Positions 49,767 through 60,025 of a stretch of 64,000 nt of DNA are shown one piece after another. Position numbers and translations under genes: made by a program. Under the pieces are notes generated by a model. That model worked only from the letters and a program-made list of their open reading frames with translations, did not search any database and was not told the origin of the DNA. Source of the DNA: Thermodesulfobacteriota bacterium. Its GTDB lineage: Bacteria; Desulfobacterota_D; UBA1144; Nemesobacterales; UBA2774. Position 1 is the first letter of the stretch. Every line of letters starts with the position of its first letter. The DNA is taken from NCBI GenBank assembly GCA_965216785.1, contig OZ244197.1, positions 1,824,001 through 1,888,000 of the forward strand. The letters run 5' to 3'.

Positions 49767-51393
49767 TAACTGTCTCCCTCATTAGTAGTATATTCAATAT
49801 TTCCCTTTCACGCTCGGCGGATTGCTTCTTGCCCTGCTCTTCATATATGTAAATCAGCGAGTCGTGAATGACGGGGTCAAACGGGTTTATCGCGATTGCT
49901 GTTTGAAACGCTTCCTCGGCTTTTGAGAGGTTACCTTTTTCCATAAAAATTTTCCCGAGGATCATGTGAAGTCCAATATAGTCAGGATAAATCTCTAATA
50001 CCGGGTCGATTACTTCCCGGGCTTTATCCGCTTTCCCGGAAGATGTGAGACTGGAGGCGAGTCTTGTGGTGATGATAGGCGAAGAAGGGTCGTACTGAAG
50101 GGCTTTTTCATATTCGTAAGCAGACGAGCTTACCCTGCCTCTCATCCGCAGCAGGTCTCCGAGCCTTGTATGGTCGCGGGCCCTTTTATCGTCAATATCC
50201 ACGAGGTCCTCTGAGTCATCATCCGACTCATCCTGGTTATTGGAAATCCTGACCCCTTTTACCTTAAGGTCTGTAATCTTCTCCTCAAGCTCTTTTGAAT
50301 GAAGGTCGTCTTTCCAGGACTGATAGAAAGTGTCAAAGTCCATCCCTGTGACATTACTTATGGCGGCTTTATAATCGTTCGTTTCTTTAATTTGAAGAAT
50401 TAGCTCTACAAGAGCGTCCCCGCCCCAATTATCTACCAGGTAGCTTATGGTTGTGCCTGCCTGGGCAAACGCGAGCTGGGCCTCAGCGGCGCTGTCAAGC
50501 AAAGCAAGAGAAGGGTGCATTTTTTCAATCGGCACTAGCTCGTCTTTTTCGAGCGCCCCCGCAAGCATCGTCTCATAGAACGGGCTCAGAACGTCGGCTT
50601 TCTTTTCCTTCCACCTCTTTTCCTGAAATTTAGCTATACCCTCGTGAAGCCACACAGGCACCGTGTTGCCGCTCTTTAAAAATACTAAATAATGAACGTA
50701 CTCGTGAGCCAGAGTATCGGCCCACGTGTAGCCCCGGGGCAGGAGCCTTGGCGAGAGGATCATGATGCGGTTGAATTTACATATGCCCACCACGCCTGTC
50801 GTCTCGACGCTGCTGGAAGAAAGTGTGGAGGCGAGTGTGAAGCTCTCCATGTCGGGGTATATCTCCACTATTACGGGCTCTTCGGGATAGGTCTTGAGGT
50901 CAAGGCCTATTTCATAGCGCGATTTTTCGAGCACGTCTTTTCCGTACTCGGCCAGTACGCGGTCTCTGGGGTCGGCGTAGCGGATAATAAAATTATCTGT
51001 CCTATATTCTTCGAACTCAGGCGCCGTCTCGCCTGCTTTGGATATAAATGTAATGAATCCCTTATCGAGGTTAAAAGCGTCTGAGGAGAGGGCTTGGTCT
51101 GCATACTCGCCAGCCTCTTTGTAATTTCCCTTATGGAATTCTACGATAGCGCTGTAATAGTCGGCGTGCGCTCTGTCGGCTTGGGACTCGGCAATATCAC
51201 GGGCTTTCTCTACCGCGCTAGATGCGCCTTTAATGTCCCAGAGCTTTATCCCTTGCTCTACGGAATTGAACAGCTTTGCTATCTCGCTCGGCTCCTTCGC
51301 GCCCGGCTCTTTTTCTTGAGCCTCCGCGTTAAGAGCCGTGAGGAGTAACAGCGCTACAAATAGTATTCCAGTAGGGTTAATAAAAGATCTCAT
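49744..51393 (-). CDS. Exported peptidase MA-like (gluzincin) metallopeptidase with TPRs
   Basis: Signal peptide; AHEYVH...PVWLHEGIA; C-terminal TPRs. Confidence 0.85.
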   Translation of the reverse strand: MRSFINPTGILFVALLLLTALNAEAQEKEPGAKEPSEIAKLFNSVEQGIKLWDIKGASSAVEKARDIAESQADRAHADYYSAIVEFHKGNYKEAGEYADQALSSDAFNLDKGFITFISKAGETAPEFEEYRTDNFIIRYADPRDRVLAEYGKDVLEKSRYEIGLDLKTYPEEPVIVEIYPDMESFTLASTLSSSSVETTGVVGICKFNRIMILSPRLLPRGYTWADTLAHEYVHYLVFLKSGNTVPVWLHEGIAKFQEKRWKEKKADVLSPFYETMLAGALEKDELVPIEKMHPSLALLDSAAEAQLAFAQAGTTISYLVDNWGGDALVELILQIKETNDYKAAISNVTGMDFDTFYQSWKDDLHSKELEEKITDLKVKGVRISNNQDESDDDSEDLVDIDDKRARDHTRLGDLLRMRGRVSSSAYEYEKALQYDPSSPIITTRLASSLTSSGKADKAREVIDPVLEIYPDYIGLHMILGKIFMEKGNLSKAEEAFQTAIAINPFDPVIHDSLIYIYEEQGKKQSAEREREILNILLMRETVNEQPNSE

Positions 51394-54300
51394 TTAATAA
51401 TCCTGTCGTAATATTTTCTGTTTAGCTCGCCGTAGCCCTCCGGTGAGCCGCCCTTCATGGCTTCCATGATTCTTTCCTTGAGGTCTTTGCCGACCTGGGA
51501 CTCATCGGTCTTGGGTATCTCGACGTAGCGGGTATCAACGCCTTGTCTGCCGCCACTCATCTGCTGCTGCCCAAGGGCCATCGGAGTGGGCATACCCTGC
51601 CCGCGTGAGCTCAGGCTGAACTGCTGCATCATCTGCTGGGCTTTTGCCTTTGCCTGCTGGAGTGATTTAATTGCCTCTTCCTCGTTTGATATGGCTTTTG
51701 ATATCTCCTGCTCCCTAATTCTCTCAGACGCCTTTCCCATGAGACCCTCGGCTTCTCCGAGGAGCTCGCTGATCTCAGGGCTTATCGGAAGCTGTTTGCT
51801 GAGCTCGGTGGCCTCTTGTGAAAGCTCGTCCGTTTCTTTTTGAATCTCGTCCTGACGTTCAGCTATCCCGCTTGAAGGGGCTTGGCCTTCTCCCTCGGGG
51901 CTGAATTGGTCGAGGTTTTTTCTTATCTCTTCGGCAATCTGGTGGGAGCGTGTGATCTCTGGGTCTGCTTTCCTTAAACTGCCTACGCCCGCGTCGCTCA
52001 GCTGCTCGAGCCCTTTTGTGTTCTCCTCAAGGTTCCTGGCGTTTCTTTGCGCCTGTTTGAAGTCCATTGCGTCCAGCCAGTTCTTTAGCTCGTCTGATTT
52101 CTGGAGCATTCTATCTATTAAATAAGAGCCCTCAGGAGTTTTGCCCTTTGGAGTGTTTTTTGAAATCTTGGACTGGGCTTGATTGAGGTTGTCCTTTAGC
52201 TCTCTAAGTTTTTCCTTCTGTTTTTCGACGAATTCCCTGAGATTGCTCTCCGAGGAGCCGGGGTCGCCGAGCATGGAGTCTTTTAGCTTCTCTGTATTCT
52301 CCTTGAGGGCTGTTTCTTCTTTTTCTATGCCTTCAATTCTGGCTATCAGCTCGGAGAGCTTGGCCATATCCTGACCCATTGTGGAGGAGCCAAAAGACTG
52401 CATGCCCCCTTCGAGGGATGCAATCATCCCCTGTAGACCGCTCATCATCGACGCTAACATTTCAAGGGCGGAATCGATGTTCCCGTCCTTTGCCATCTGC
52501 ATCATTTTCTCCATCATTTCCTGCATGCTCTGGGACTGAAAAGCGTCGGGGTTTAAGAAGCCCTCCTGCATCTCGGTGCTCATGGCGCTCATTTTTTCTG
52601 CCAGCTCCTGCATGAGCTTGCTGATTTCATCGAGCTTTTTCTGAATCTCTTCCATGAGCGCTTCGTTATCCCCACTCTCGCTTAACTGCTTTAGCATTTC
52701 CTGAAGCTGGGCGTATTCGCTCATTAGCTCTTTTCCGGAAAAAAGAGAATCCTTCAGTCTTTCAGCCTTGATCATGTTGTCCAGGAACAGAATGTCTCCC
52801 TCAAACTCTACGATTTCCTTTCTCATTAGTCTTCCAAGCCTTGGGAGGTCTACTATGGCGAAGCTGTCCAAGAGCTCCTGTCTTTCTGTTAATAGAGACC
52901 CGATCCTGATCTCCATATTCGAGAGTCCTACAAAAATGGTGTAGTCGGACATACTGTCCTCGGACATACCTCCGATAGTAGCTCTAAGCGTCGACTGCGC
53001 GCTGTCTATCTTAAGAGTCAGCGGATTCTGGGCGGCGGCTATCTTGTTTAAGTCGATATTTACTTGTGGGCTCTTAGCGCCGGCGGTCTCTTTTAAACTC
53101 TGTTTTAATTCAATTTCATCCCCGAGGATATCTATCAGCTCTTCCATCAGCTGCTCTGCCAGATTCAAGACTTGCTCGTGCTTTCTCTGTGCGTCCATCA
53201 GCTTTAAGGTGATCGCGTTAGATACGCCCGCCTTGGGGCCTGTAATCGTGTCGTTGTCATAAGCTTCCACGCGGAGCTTAATTGTGCCCCCCCGTACTCT
53301 GTCTAAAGAGCCCACGTCCCATGTTATCCGATCTCCGTATGTCTTGGGGCCGTCTTCGGGGTCTGCAATTAATTTCTCGCTCTTGCCGTCCTCACCTTCC
53401 ACGGTGAGCTTGAATTTCCCGAGTCCGAAGTCGTCAGTAGCCCGGTAGGAAATCTCTATCCTCTCCTCGCCGTCTACCTCTATCATATCTCCCGCGGGAC
53501 TCTCTATGGAAATTTCTGGAGCGCTGTCTTGTAGCGCCGTGATAGTTCTCTTCTCTGTTTTATCTTTCCCGTTTTGCTCGGTTATGTGATAGGCGCCATC
53601 TCCTGTCACTGTGAATTCAGCCTCGATCCTCCCGTGGTTCATCTCTACAGGAAGTGAAGGACCGTTCTCAATGACGAGCCTGCCGCCTTGAAACTTTCCG
53701 AGCGCGCGCGCGCGGAAACTGACCTCTGTGCCAATAAGGGCTTTTACGTCGCCTGTGCCGCCTTTGACAGTTTCCGTCGCGATCCCCGAGTAGTCAGGGT
53801 AGTTGAGCGTAAGCTCAACATCCGCAAGCTGCAGCACACCGTCCGAGCTTCCGGGAAAGAGACCGGGGCTAAATAAGAAGCTTCTGAACTGCCCGGGAAC
53901 GAATATTAATAATAAAATTGCCGCAATCAGCGCTCCGGACACCGGGGTTAGCAGTCTCTTTAGTCTTTGCTTTGGGAAAAAAGATCCCGGGTCGGCTGAC
54001 TCGAGTCTTCCGGTTACTTCTTCAATGTGGGCGTCTGAAAGATATGCCGAAGTGCCCAAGATGCTGTGCCTGTCTGCGTCTTTTTTGAGTAATATAGCGT
54101 TTAACGTATCTTCACCCAGGCCGGGTGAGGCCGCTTCAAGCTCATCTACTATATCGCTCACGCCTCTTTCTCTTAAAAGCGGAAGGGCTATGAATTTAAC
54201 CGCAGCCGCCGCAGAGGCGAGTATTGCCAGGATCTTTAGGACAGAATAATAGGTAGGGCTGTAGGATATGAATGAAAATAGAGATGCGAGGGCAAGCGAA

Positions 54301-54416
54301 GCGAATATGGCAAAGGCGGTGTAGAGAAGACCCTTTACGAGGGTGAATTCACTCCTCTTTCGCCGTATCTTGCTTACAGCTTCTTCTAGCCTCTTTGCAT
54401 CAGTTGCGCTTATCAT
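51390..54416 (-). CDS. DUF4175-like large membrane-anchored coiled-coil protein
   Basis: 3 N-terminal TM, Ig-like region with DDFGL, long Q/M/E-rich coiled coil, C-terminal YY...K; co-oriented with MoxR. Confidence 0.75.
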   Translation of the reverse strand: MISATDAKRLEEAVSKIRRKRSEFTLVKGLLYTAFAIFASLALASLFSFISYSPTYYSVLKILAILASAAAAVKFIALPLLRERGVSDIVDELEAASPGLGEDTLNAILLKKDADRHSILGTSAYLSDAHIEEVTGRLESADPGSFFPKQRLKRLLTPVSGALIAAILLLIFVPGQFRSFLFSPGLFPGSSDGVLQLADVELTLNYPDYSGIATETVKGGTGDVKALIGTEVSFRARALGKFQGGRLVIENGPSLPVEMNHGRIEAEFTVTGDGAYHITEQNGKDKTEKRTITALQDSAPEISIESPAGDMIEVDGEERIEISYRATDDFGLGKFKLTVEGEDGKSEKLIADPEDGPKTYGDRITWDVGSLDRVRGGTIKLRVEAYDNDTITGPKAGVSNAITLKLMDAQRKHEQVLNLAEQLMEELIDILGDEIELKQSLKETAGAKSPQVNIDLNKIAAAQNPLTLKIDSAQSTLRATIGGMSEDSMSDYTIFVGLSNMEIRIGSLLTERQELLDSFAIVDLPRLGRLMRKEIVEFEGDILFLDNMIKAERLKDSLFSGKELMSEYAQLQEMLKQLSESGDNEALMEEIQKKLDEISKLMQELAEKMSAMSTEMQEGFLNPDAFQSQSMQEMMEKMMQMAKDGNIDSALEMLASMMSGLQGMIASLEGGMQSFGSSTMGQDMAKLSELIARIEGIEKEETALKENTEKLKDSMLGDPGSSESNLREFVEKQKEKLRELKDNLNQAQSKISKNTPKGKTPEGSYLIDRMLQKSDELKNWLDAMDFKQAQRNARNLEENTKGLEQLSDAGVGSLRKADPEITRSHQIAEEIRKNLDQFSPEGEGQAPSSGIAERQDEIQKETDELSQEATELSKQLPISPEISELLGEAEGLMGKASERIREQEISKAISNEEEAIKSLQQAKAKAQQMMQQFSLSSRGQGMPTPMALGQQQMSGGRQGVDTRYVEIPKTDESQVGKDLKERIMEAMKGGSPEGYGELNRKYYDRIIK

Positions 54417-54536
54417 GCATCTAAAAGGGTACCTTAGACACTCCCAAGTTGGTAGCCTGAGTTAACTATGCTATCCTATTCGGCTTTGAAGCGCGGTCTT
54501 TGTAAATATCGCTTAGAAGGACAGAGTGGAATACTG

Positions 54537-54965
54537 ATGGCGTTTAAACAGCTACTGACAAAAAAGATGGAGTTCTCCGCCTCCCACCGGTACTGGAACC
54601 CCGGGTGGAGCGAGGAGAAAAATGTAGAGGTTTTCGGTAAGTCGGCCAGCCCTCACGGACACGGGCATAATTATATGCTCGAGATTACTGTTGCGGGTGA
54701 GGTGGACGAAGATACAGGCATGATAATTAACCTCTATGATCTTAAAGAGGTAATGAAAGAAGTACTGAATGATTTTGACCATAAGAACTTGAACGAAGAC
54801 AACCCATACTTTAAAGAGCTTATTCCCACTACTGAGAATATAGCAAAAGTAATGTGGGAGATTTTTAGTGATAGGTTAGCTGCTAATCCGAGCTGCAAAC
54901 TCCACAGGGTCAGGCTTTATGAGACAGATGACCTTTACGTTGATTACAGGGTGGTAGAGCAATGA
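54537..54965 (+). CDS. PTPS/QueD family protein, paralog 1 (Ser at catalytic Cys position)
   Basis: FSASHR, KSASPHGHGHNY, TGM, DHKNLN, PTTENIA, ET. Confidence 0.85.
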   Translation: MAFKQLLTKKMEFSASHRYWNPGWSEEKNVEVFGKSASPHGHGHNYMLEITVAGEVDEDTGMIINLYDLKEVMKEVLNDFDHKNLNEDNPYFKELIPTTENIAKVMWEIFSDRLAANPSCKLHRVRLYETDDLYVDYRVVEQ

Positions 54966-55393
54966 CAGAATTGGTAACTCTCACAAGGGCTTATAAATTT
55001 TCGGCGGCTCACAGACTGTATATCAAAGCTCTTTCTGATGAGGAGAATGAGAGGATATTCAATAGCTGTTCCAACGTGCACGGACACGGACACGACTACA
55101 GTGTGCAAATTAAAGTCTCCGGAGAAATAGACCCGGAAACCGGTATGGTGATAAACCTTGAGGAGCTGGACAGCCTTTCAGGGGATGTGCTCGAGGGGCT
55201 CGACCACAAGAGGCTCGACATCGAAGTGCCGTACTTCACTGAGAAACAGCCTACGAGTGAGAATATTGCCAAATATGTATGGAACGAATTGAGAGAGGGA
55301 CTCGGAGAAAGTCTTGTATACGTTCGCGTAAGCGAGACTAAAAACAGTTATTTTGAATATTTCGAGGAGGCAAGTTACCTAGATGAGTATTGA
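54962..55393 (+). CDS. 6-pyruvoyl/6-carboxy-tetrahydropterin synthase family protein, paralog 2
   Basis: [34 protein letters not shown]. Confidence 0.88.
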   Translation: MTELVTLTRAYKFSAAHRLYIKALSDEENERIFNSCSNVHGHGHDYSVQIKVSGEIDPETGMVINLEELDSLSGDVLEGLDHKRLDIEVPYFTEKQPTSENIAKYVWNELREGLGESLVYVRVSETKNSYFEYFEEASYLDEY

Positions 55394-55937
55394 GAAAGCA
55401 GTCAAGGAGATACTTGTACAGATAGGCGAAGACCCCAAGCGTCAGGGTCTTAGAGACACGCCCAAGAGGATGGCCAGGATGTTTGATGAGCTGACGGCGG
55501 GCTATCATGTATCACCCGAGGAGATCATAAACGGCGCGCTGTTCGATATAAACTTTGATGAAATGGTAGTAGTGAAAGATATAGAGTTCTACAGTCTTTG
55601 CGAGCACCATATGCTGCCTTTTTTCGGTATGTGCAGCGTCGCCTATATACCAAACGGCAAGATAGTGGGGCTTAGCAAGATCCCCCGTATCGTTGAGGTA
55701 TTTTCAAGGAGGCTTCAGGTGCAGGAAAGAATGACGGGGCAGATTGCGGACTTTCTGGAAGAAGTGCTAAAGCCCCAGGGCGTTGCCGTAGTGGCGGAAG
55801 CTCAACACCTGTGCATGGCGATGAGAGGGATTATGAAAGCCGACGCCAGCATGCTGACAAGCTCGATGCGCGGCGTATTTAAGAAGGACAAGAGGACCAG
55901 GAATGAGTTTTTAAGCTTTATCAGTAAGAAGGCTTAA
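55383..55937 (+). CDS. folE: GTP cyclohydrolase I
   Basis: [38 protein letters not shown]. Confidence 0.97.
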   Translation: MSIEKAVKEILVQIGEDPKRQGLRDTPKRMARMFDELTAGYHVSPEEIINGALFDINFDEMVVVKDIEFYSLCEHHMLPFFGMCSVAYIPNGKIVGLSKIPRIVEVFSRRLQVQERMTGQIADFLEEVLKPQGVAVVAEAQHLCMAMRGIMKADASMLTSSMRGVFKKDKRTRNEFLSFISKKA

Positions 55938-55995
55938 TATTATTGCTAATTGGTATATAATAGTCAGTGATTCGATGTGAGGAAGTGTAAATAGA

Positions 55996-57318
55996 ATGCT
56001 TCGAGTAGTTGTTGTGGGGATAAGCCATAATACCGCGCCCGTGGAAATAAGGGAGCGTTTCACGTTCACCGAGGACGAAGCGGGAGCCGCTGTAGCCGAG
56101 CTTAGCGAAATGCAAGGCGTTGAAGAGTGCATGGTTCTTTCTACGTGCAACAGGACGGAGATCTACGCGGCCTCTGATAACGCGGACAGTTGTATAGAGA
56201 GTATTAAGCAGTATCTTTCAGACTCAAGTGGAACAGGCCCTAATGAATTGTCCGCCTATATCTATATATCGATCGGGCATATAGCGGTGCGCCACCTCTA
56301 CAGAGTGGCTTGCGGAATCGACTCGATGGTTGTGGGCGAGCCCCAAATACTTGGCCAGGTGAAAAACGCCTACAGAAACGCGGTTCTTAAAAAGACTGCC
56401 GGGCTAATACTAAACCGGCTATGCCACTCGGCGTTCTTTGCGGCGAAGAGAGTCAGGACCGAGACCGGAATAGGGTCGCGCGCTGTATCTGTAAGCTACG
56501 TAGCCGTGGAGCTGGCAAAGAGGATCTTCGATGACCTCTCTTCGAGGAAGGTTATGCTGATAGGCTCCGGGGAAATGGCGGAGCTCGCTGCGAGAAACCT
56601 GGTGAACGCGGGCATCGGCGACCTGATGATCGCAAGCCGCCGGTTTGATAACGCGGCTAAGCTCGCGGAGCGTCTGAGCGGGAGTCCCGTAAGATTCGAA
56701 GAGGTTTACTATCATTTAAAGGAAATGGACATCGTAATAACAGCCACCGGGTCTTCAGATTTTATAATCAAGACCACTCACGCCAAAGAGTCGCTTAAGC
56801 TCAGGAATAACGAGCCGGTATTTATGATTGATATTGCAGTGCCTCGCGACATTGACCCCAGAGTGGAAGAGCTTCCTGACATATATCTATACGACATAGA
56901 CGACTTAAAAGGCGTGCTTGATGAGAATATCAAGACCAGAAAAGAAAGCGCCGTACAGGCAGACGATATAGTTCACGAGGTGGAGAGAGCCTTTGAGGCA
57001 TGGATTTCCGGGCTTAAAGCAGTGCCCGCGATCATAGACCTCAAGAAGCGTTTTGAATTGATAAAGAACCTAGAAGTGGATAGAGCTCTATCAAAGCTCG
57101 ACAGCTATACCGACAAAGATAGAGATGTGATTGAGGCAATGGCCTCCAGGATAGTAGGCAAGATACTCCACGGACCTCTGACCAAGCTCAAAGAAGAGGC
57201 TTCAACCTCAATGGGTGCGCTGTACGTGGATTCGGTAAAAAAACTTTTTGAGCTTGATAACGACCTCCTGATAGTCGAAGAAGAGGAAGATGAGGCCTAC
57301 TCTCAGGATTGGAACTAG
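55996..57318 (+). CDS. hemA: Glutamyl-tRNA reductase
   Basis: STCNRTE, DSMVVGEPQILGQVK, GSGEM, DIAVPRD. Confidence 0.97.
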   Translation: MLRVVVVGISHNTAPVEIRERFTFTEDEAGAAVAELSEMQGVEECMVLSTCNRTEIYAASDNADSCIESIKQYLSDSSGTGPNELSAYIYISIGHIAVRHLYRVACGIDSMVVGEPQILGQVKNAYRNAVLKKTAGLILNRLCHSAFFAAKRVRTETGIGSRAVSVSYVAVELAKRIFDDLSSRKVMLIGSGEMAELAARNLVNAGIGDLMIASRRFDNAAKLAERLSGSPVRFEEVYYHLKEMDIVITATGSSDFIIKTTHAKESLKLRNNEPVFMIDIAVPRDIDPRVEELPDIYLYDIDDLKGVLDENIKTRKESAVQADDIVHEVERAFEAWISGLKAVPAIIDLKKRFELIKNLEVDRALSKLDSYTDKDRDVIEAMASRIVGKILHGPLTKLKEEASTSMGALYVDSVKKLFELDNDLLIVEEEEDEAYSQDWN

Positions 57319-58219
57319 GGGGAGCGGACTCGCCCTCTGGCAAGCCCGCCATGTGGAAAGTCTGGTAAGTCAAACCCATCCGGATATAAACTCCGAAATA
57401 ATAGTAATAAAAACCACAGGGGATAAGAACCTCGAGTCTCCGCTGTCCGAGATCGGCGGCAAAGGGGTGTTTGTAAAAGAGATTGAAGAGGCTCTTCTGG
57501 GCGAGAGGATAGATATAGCCGTCCATAGCTTAAAGGACGTACCGGCTGTGCTTCCGAAGGGGCTTACGCTGGGGGCGTTTATAGAGCGCCACGATCCGAG
57601 GGACGCGCTGATAACACGCTCAGGGCTTAAGCTCGCAGAGCTTCCCGATGGCTCTAGGGTAGGTACGGGGAGTCTGAGGAGGGCATCACAAATCCTGCAC
57701 ATTCATCCTGTCCTTACAATATCCCCGATCAGGGGCAATGTGGATACGAGGCTTAGAAAGCTAACTGAGGGAGATGAGTACGACGCGATAGTGCTTGCGC
57801 TCGCCGGAATCGAGCGTATGGGATTTAAAGATGAGGTGACCGAGGTTATTTCCGAGAAGACTATGGTGCCAGCCCCGGGTCAGGGGATTGTGGCTATCGA
57901 ATCCAGGGAGTCCGATACAGGTACAAATGAAGTTCTCAGATCGATCAATCACACTGAAACCGCATTGCAGGCTCTGGCCGAGAGGGCTTTTTTGAAGAGG
58001 CTCTCTGGGGACTGCAACGTTCCTATGGGGTGCCGCGCGGTCATTTCCGGAAATGAAATTCACATAACCGGGGTGTTGGCAAAACCTGACGGAAGCGCTC
58101 TGTTGAAGGAATCGGTGTCCGGTGAGACGGACAGCGCAGAGATACTCGGCGAGCGCTTAGCTGAGAGCATACTTCAAAGCGGCGGACAGGACATACTAAA
58201 CGAAATCCAGAGTTACTAA
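57290..58219 (+). CDS. hemC: Hydroxymethylbilane synthase
   Basis: GTRGS.LA..Q, GKGVFVKE, HSLKD, GSLRR, RGNVDTR, GDCNVP. Confidence 0.97.
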   Translation: MRPTLRIGTRGSGLALWQARHVESLVSQTHPDINSEIIVIKTTGDKNLESPLSEIGGKGVFVKEIEEALLGERIDIAVHSLKDVPAVLPKGLTLGAFIERHDPRDALITRSGLKLAELPDGSRVGTGSLRRASQILHIHPVLTISPIRGNVDTRLRKLTEGDEYDAIVLALAGIERMGFKDEVTEVISEKTMVPAPGQGIVAIESRESDTGTNEVLRSINHTETALQALAERAFLKRLSGDCNVPMGCRAVISGNEIHITGVLAKPDGSALLKESVSGETDSAEILGERLAESILQSGGQDILNEIQSY

Positions 58220-58314
58220 GATATCCACTTGTACTAAGAAATTTGTTAATAGCACCTTTCCATTTAATTGTTTATCCATACATGATAGTATAGATTTTCT
58301 ATAAGGAGTGAGCG

Positions 58315-59145
58315 GTGAATTTATTAAATCCCTCTGAAGTTAGGTTTTCATTCCTCGATGTGGAGACCACGGGGCTTGATCCGGCAGGCGGCGACAAAAT
58401 CTGCGAGATAGCCATCGTTAAAACACTAAACGGTGATATTGTCGAGCAGTTTGTAACGCTGGTTAACCCGGGTATGGCTATCCCCCCGAGAGCAGTATCA
58501 ATTCACGGAATAACGGATTTTATGGTTAGTAAGTCCCCTTTTTTCAGGCATATCGCGGGGGACGTTTTGGATTTTCTGAAAGATTCGGTGATTGTAGCTC
58601 ATAACGCTGCGTTTGACCTCGGGTTTCTGGAAGCTGAGCTCAGAAATCTCATGCTTACACTACCCGCATACAACGTGATAGATACGCTAGGTATAGCCAG
58701 GAGATATTACAATTTCCCAAGCAACAGCCTTGGGGAAATTGCTAAAAGCATCGGGATAATTACAGAAAGTGAGCATAGGGCGCTTGCGGACGTGATGACC
58801 ACAAAAGGAGTGCTGGAATATTTTCTGGCCGACCTCGACAGAAGGGGAATCAGACTGAAAAGACTAAAGGATATTTTAAAGCTCCAGGGAAAAGCCGTCG
58901 AGTTAAAATCCTCAAAAGAGCTCGTACTTCCGGGAGAGATTGAAGAGGCTCTCAGGGTAAAAGGCAAGCTTCGTATAAAATATCTCTCTGCTTATAAAGA
59001 TGAGACTTCAACTAGGGTTATTGAGCCTTTCGATATAAGTGTAAGTAAGGAGAGCACCTATATACACGCATTCTGCCACCTAAGAAAAGAAAGGTGCACC
59101 TTCAGGCTGGACAGAATATTGGATATTAAAGCTGTCAGGGAGTAA
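58315..59145 (+). CDS. DEDDh (DnaQ-like) 3'-5' exonuclease fused to a C-terminal WYL domain
   Basis: DVETTG, HNAAFD, HRALAD; tail IKY...STRVIEP...YIHAFCHLRKERCTFRLDRI; AGGAG RBS, GTG start. Confidence 0.85.
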   Translation: MNLLNPSEVRFSFLDVETTGLDPAGGDKICEIAIVKTLNGDIVEQFVTLVNPGMAIPPRAVSIHGITDFMVSKSPFFRHIAGDVLDFLKDSVIVAHNAAFDLGFLEAELRNLMLTLPAYNVIDTLGIARRYYNFPSNSLGEIAKSIGIITESEHRALADVMTTKGVLEYFLADLDRRGIRLKRLKDILKLQGKAVELKSSKELVLPGEIEEALRVKGKLRIKYLSAYKDETSTRVIEPFDISVSKESTYIHAFCHLRKERCTFRLDRILDIKAVRE

Positions 59146-59150
59146 GAAGC

Positions 59151-59585
59151 TTAGACTTCCTGCTCGCCGGTATCTGTACTTTCCCCGTTGGTTGAGTCAG
59201 TGTCGGAGCCTTTATCTTCAGTGCTGCTCTTGTCCTCAGCTGGTGCGGATTCGCTATCTGAAGACTTATCAACCGGGCTGTCGACGTTGGGGATTTCCCC
59301 GAGCTCGAGCTTTAAGTCAATGATTTCAGCTTGAAGCCTTTTGTTCGCTGCAATCATCTTCTGGTTTTCAATCTGAAGATCTGTGATTTGCTTTTTCATG
59401 TTGGCTATGTAAGCGTCGAGTTTGGAAGAGTCCTGCTTTAGCTGGTCTAGCTCTTGCTTTGTCATCTCGAGAGTTGACTTTGTGGCTTCGTGCTCTTCTT
59501 TCTTGGTCTTGTTCTCGCAACCCGCCATGAGTGAAGCCGAGGTTAGTAATAATGCCGTTAGCATTAGTGCGCTTAACTTTTTCAT
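59151..59585 (-). CDS. Coiled-coil lipoprotein with acidic Ser/Asp tail
   Basis: Lipobox MAGC, heptad region, low-complexity C-terminus; GGAGG RBS. Confidence 0.75.
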   Translation of the reverse strand: MKKLSALMLTALLLTSASLMAGCENKTKKEEHEATKSTLEMTKQELDQLKQDSSKLDAYIANMKKQITDLQIENQKMIAANKRLQAEIIDLKLELGEIPNVDSPVDKSSDSESAPAEDKSSTEDKGSDTDSTNGESTDTGEQEV

Positions 59586-59707
59586 CTTTAAATAGCCTCC
59601 TATGATAAGCCTTTTAAGGCCTAATTCTATTTCGTACTGTTAATCTATATTTTTAAACCCCTCTTGTCAACAGAAGATTTCATGCTTTTGAGCGTATAGA
59701 TAGGCAC

Positions 59708-59736
59708 TTGACAGCTACGTTAATATCCCATACCCT
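59708..59736 (+). promoter_or_regulatory. Promoter of tRNA-fMet
   Basis: TTGACA-17bp-TACCCT. Confidence 0.55.
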
Positions 59737-59754
59737 ATTCAACCTTACTTCAGA

Positions 59755-59831
<77 letters not shown>

Positions 59832-60025
59832 ATTATTTCAGTTGCTTGCGCCGATTACACTTTATTGAATTCCAACCGTAAAAAATGATGTTCATATATA
59901 ACAGCTATATAGTTCTTGACTTTGGTATACCCCTATATTAGAATCGGATATAAAATGTTTGCTCCTTCTGACGGCTGAAATTCATAGTTTTCTTGGATCT
60001 ACTTCTACATCTGCTTACAACATAA

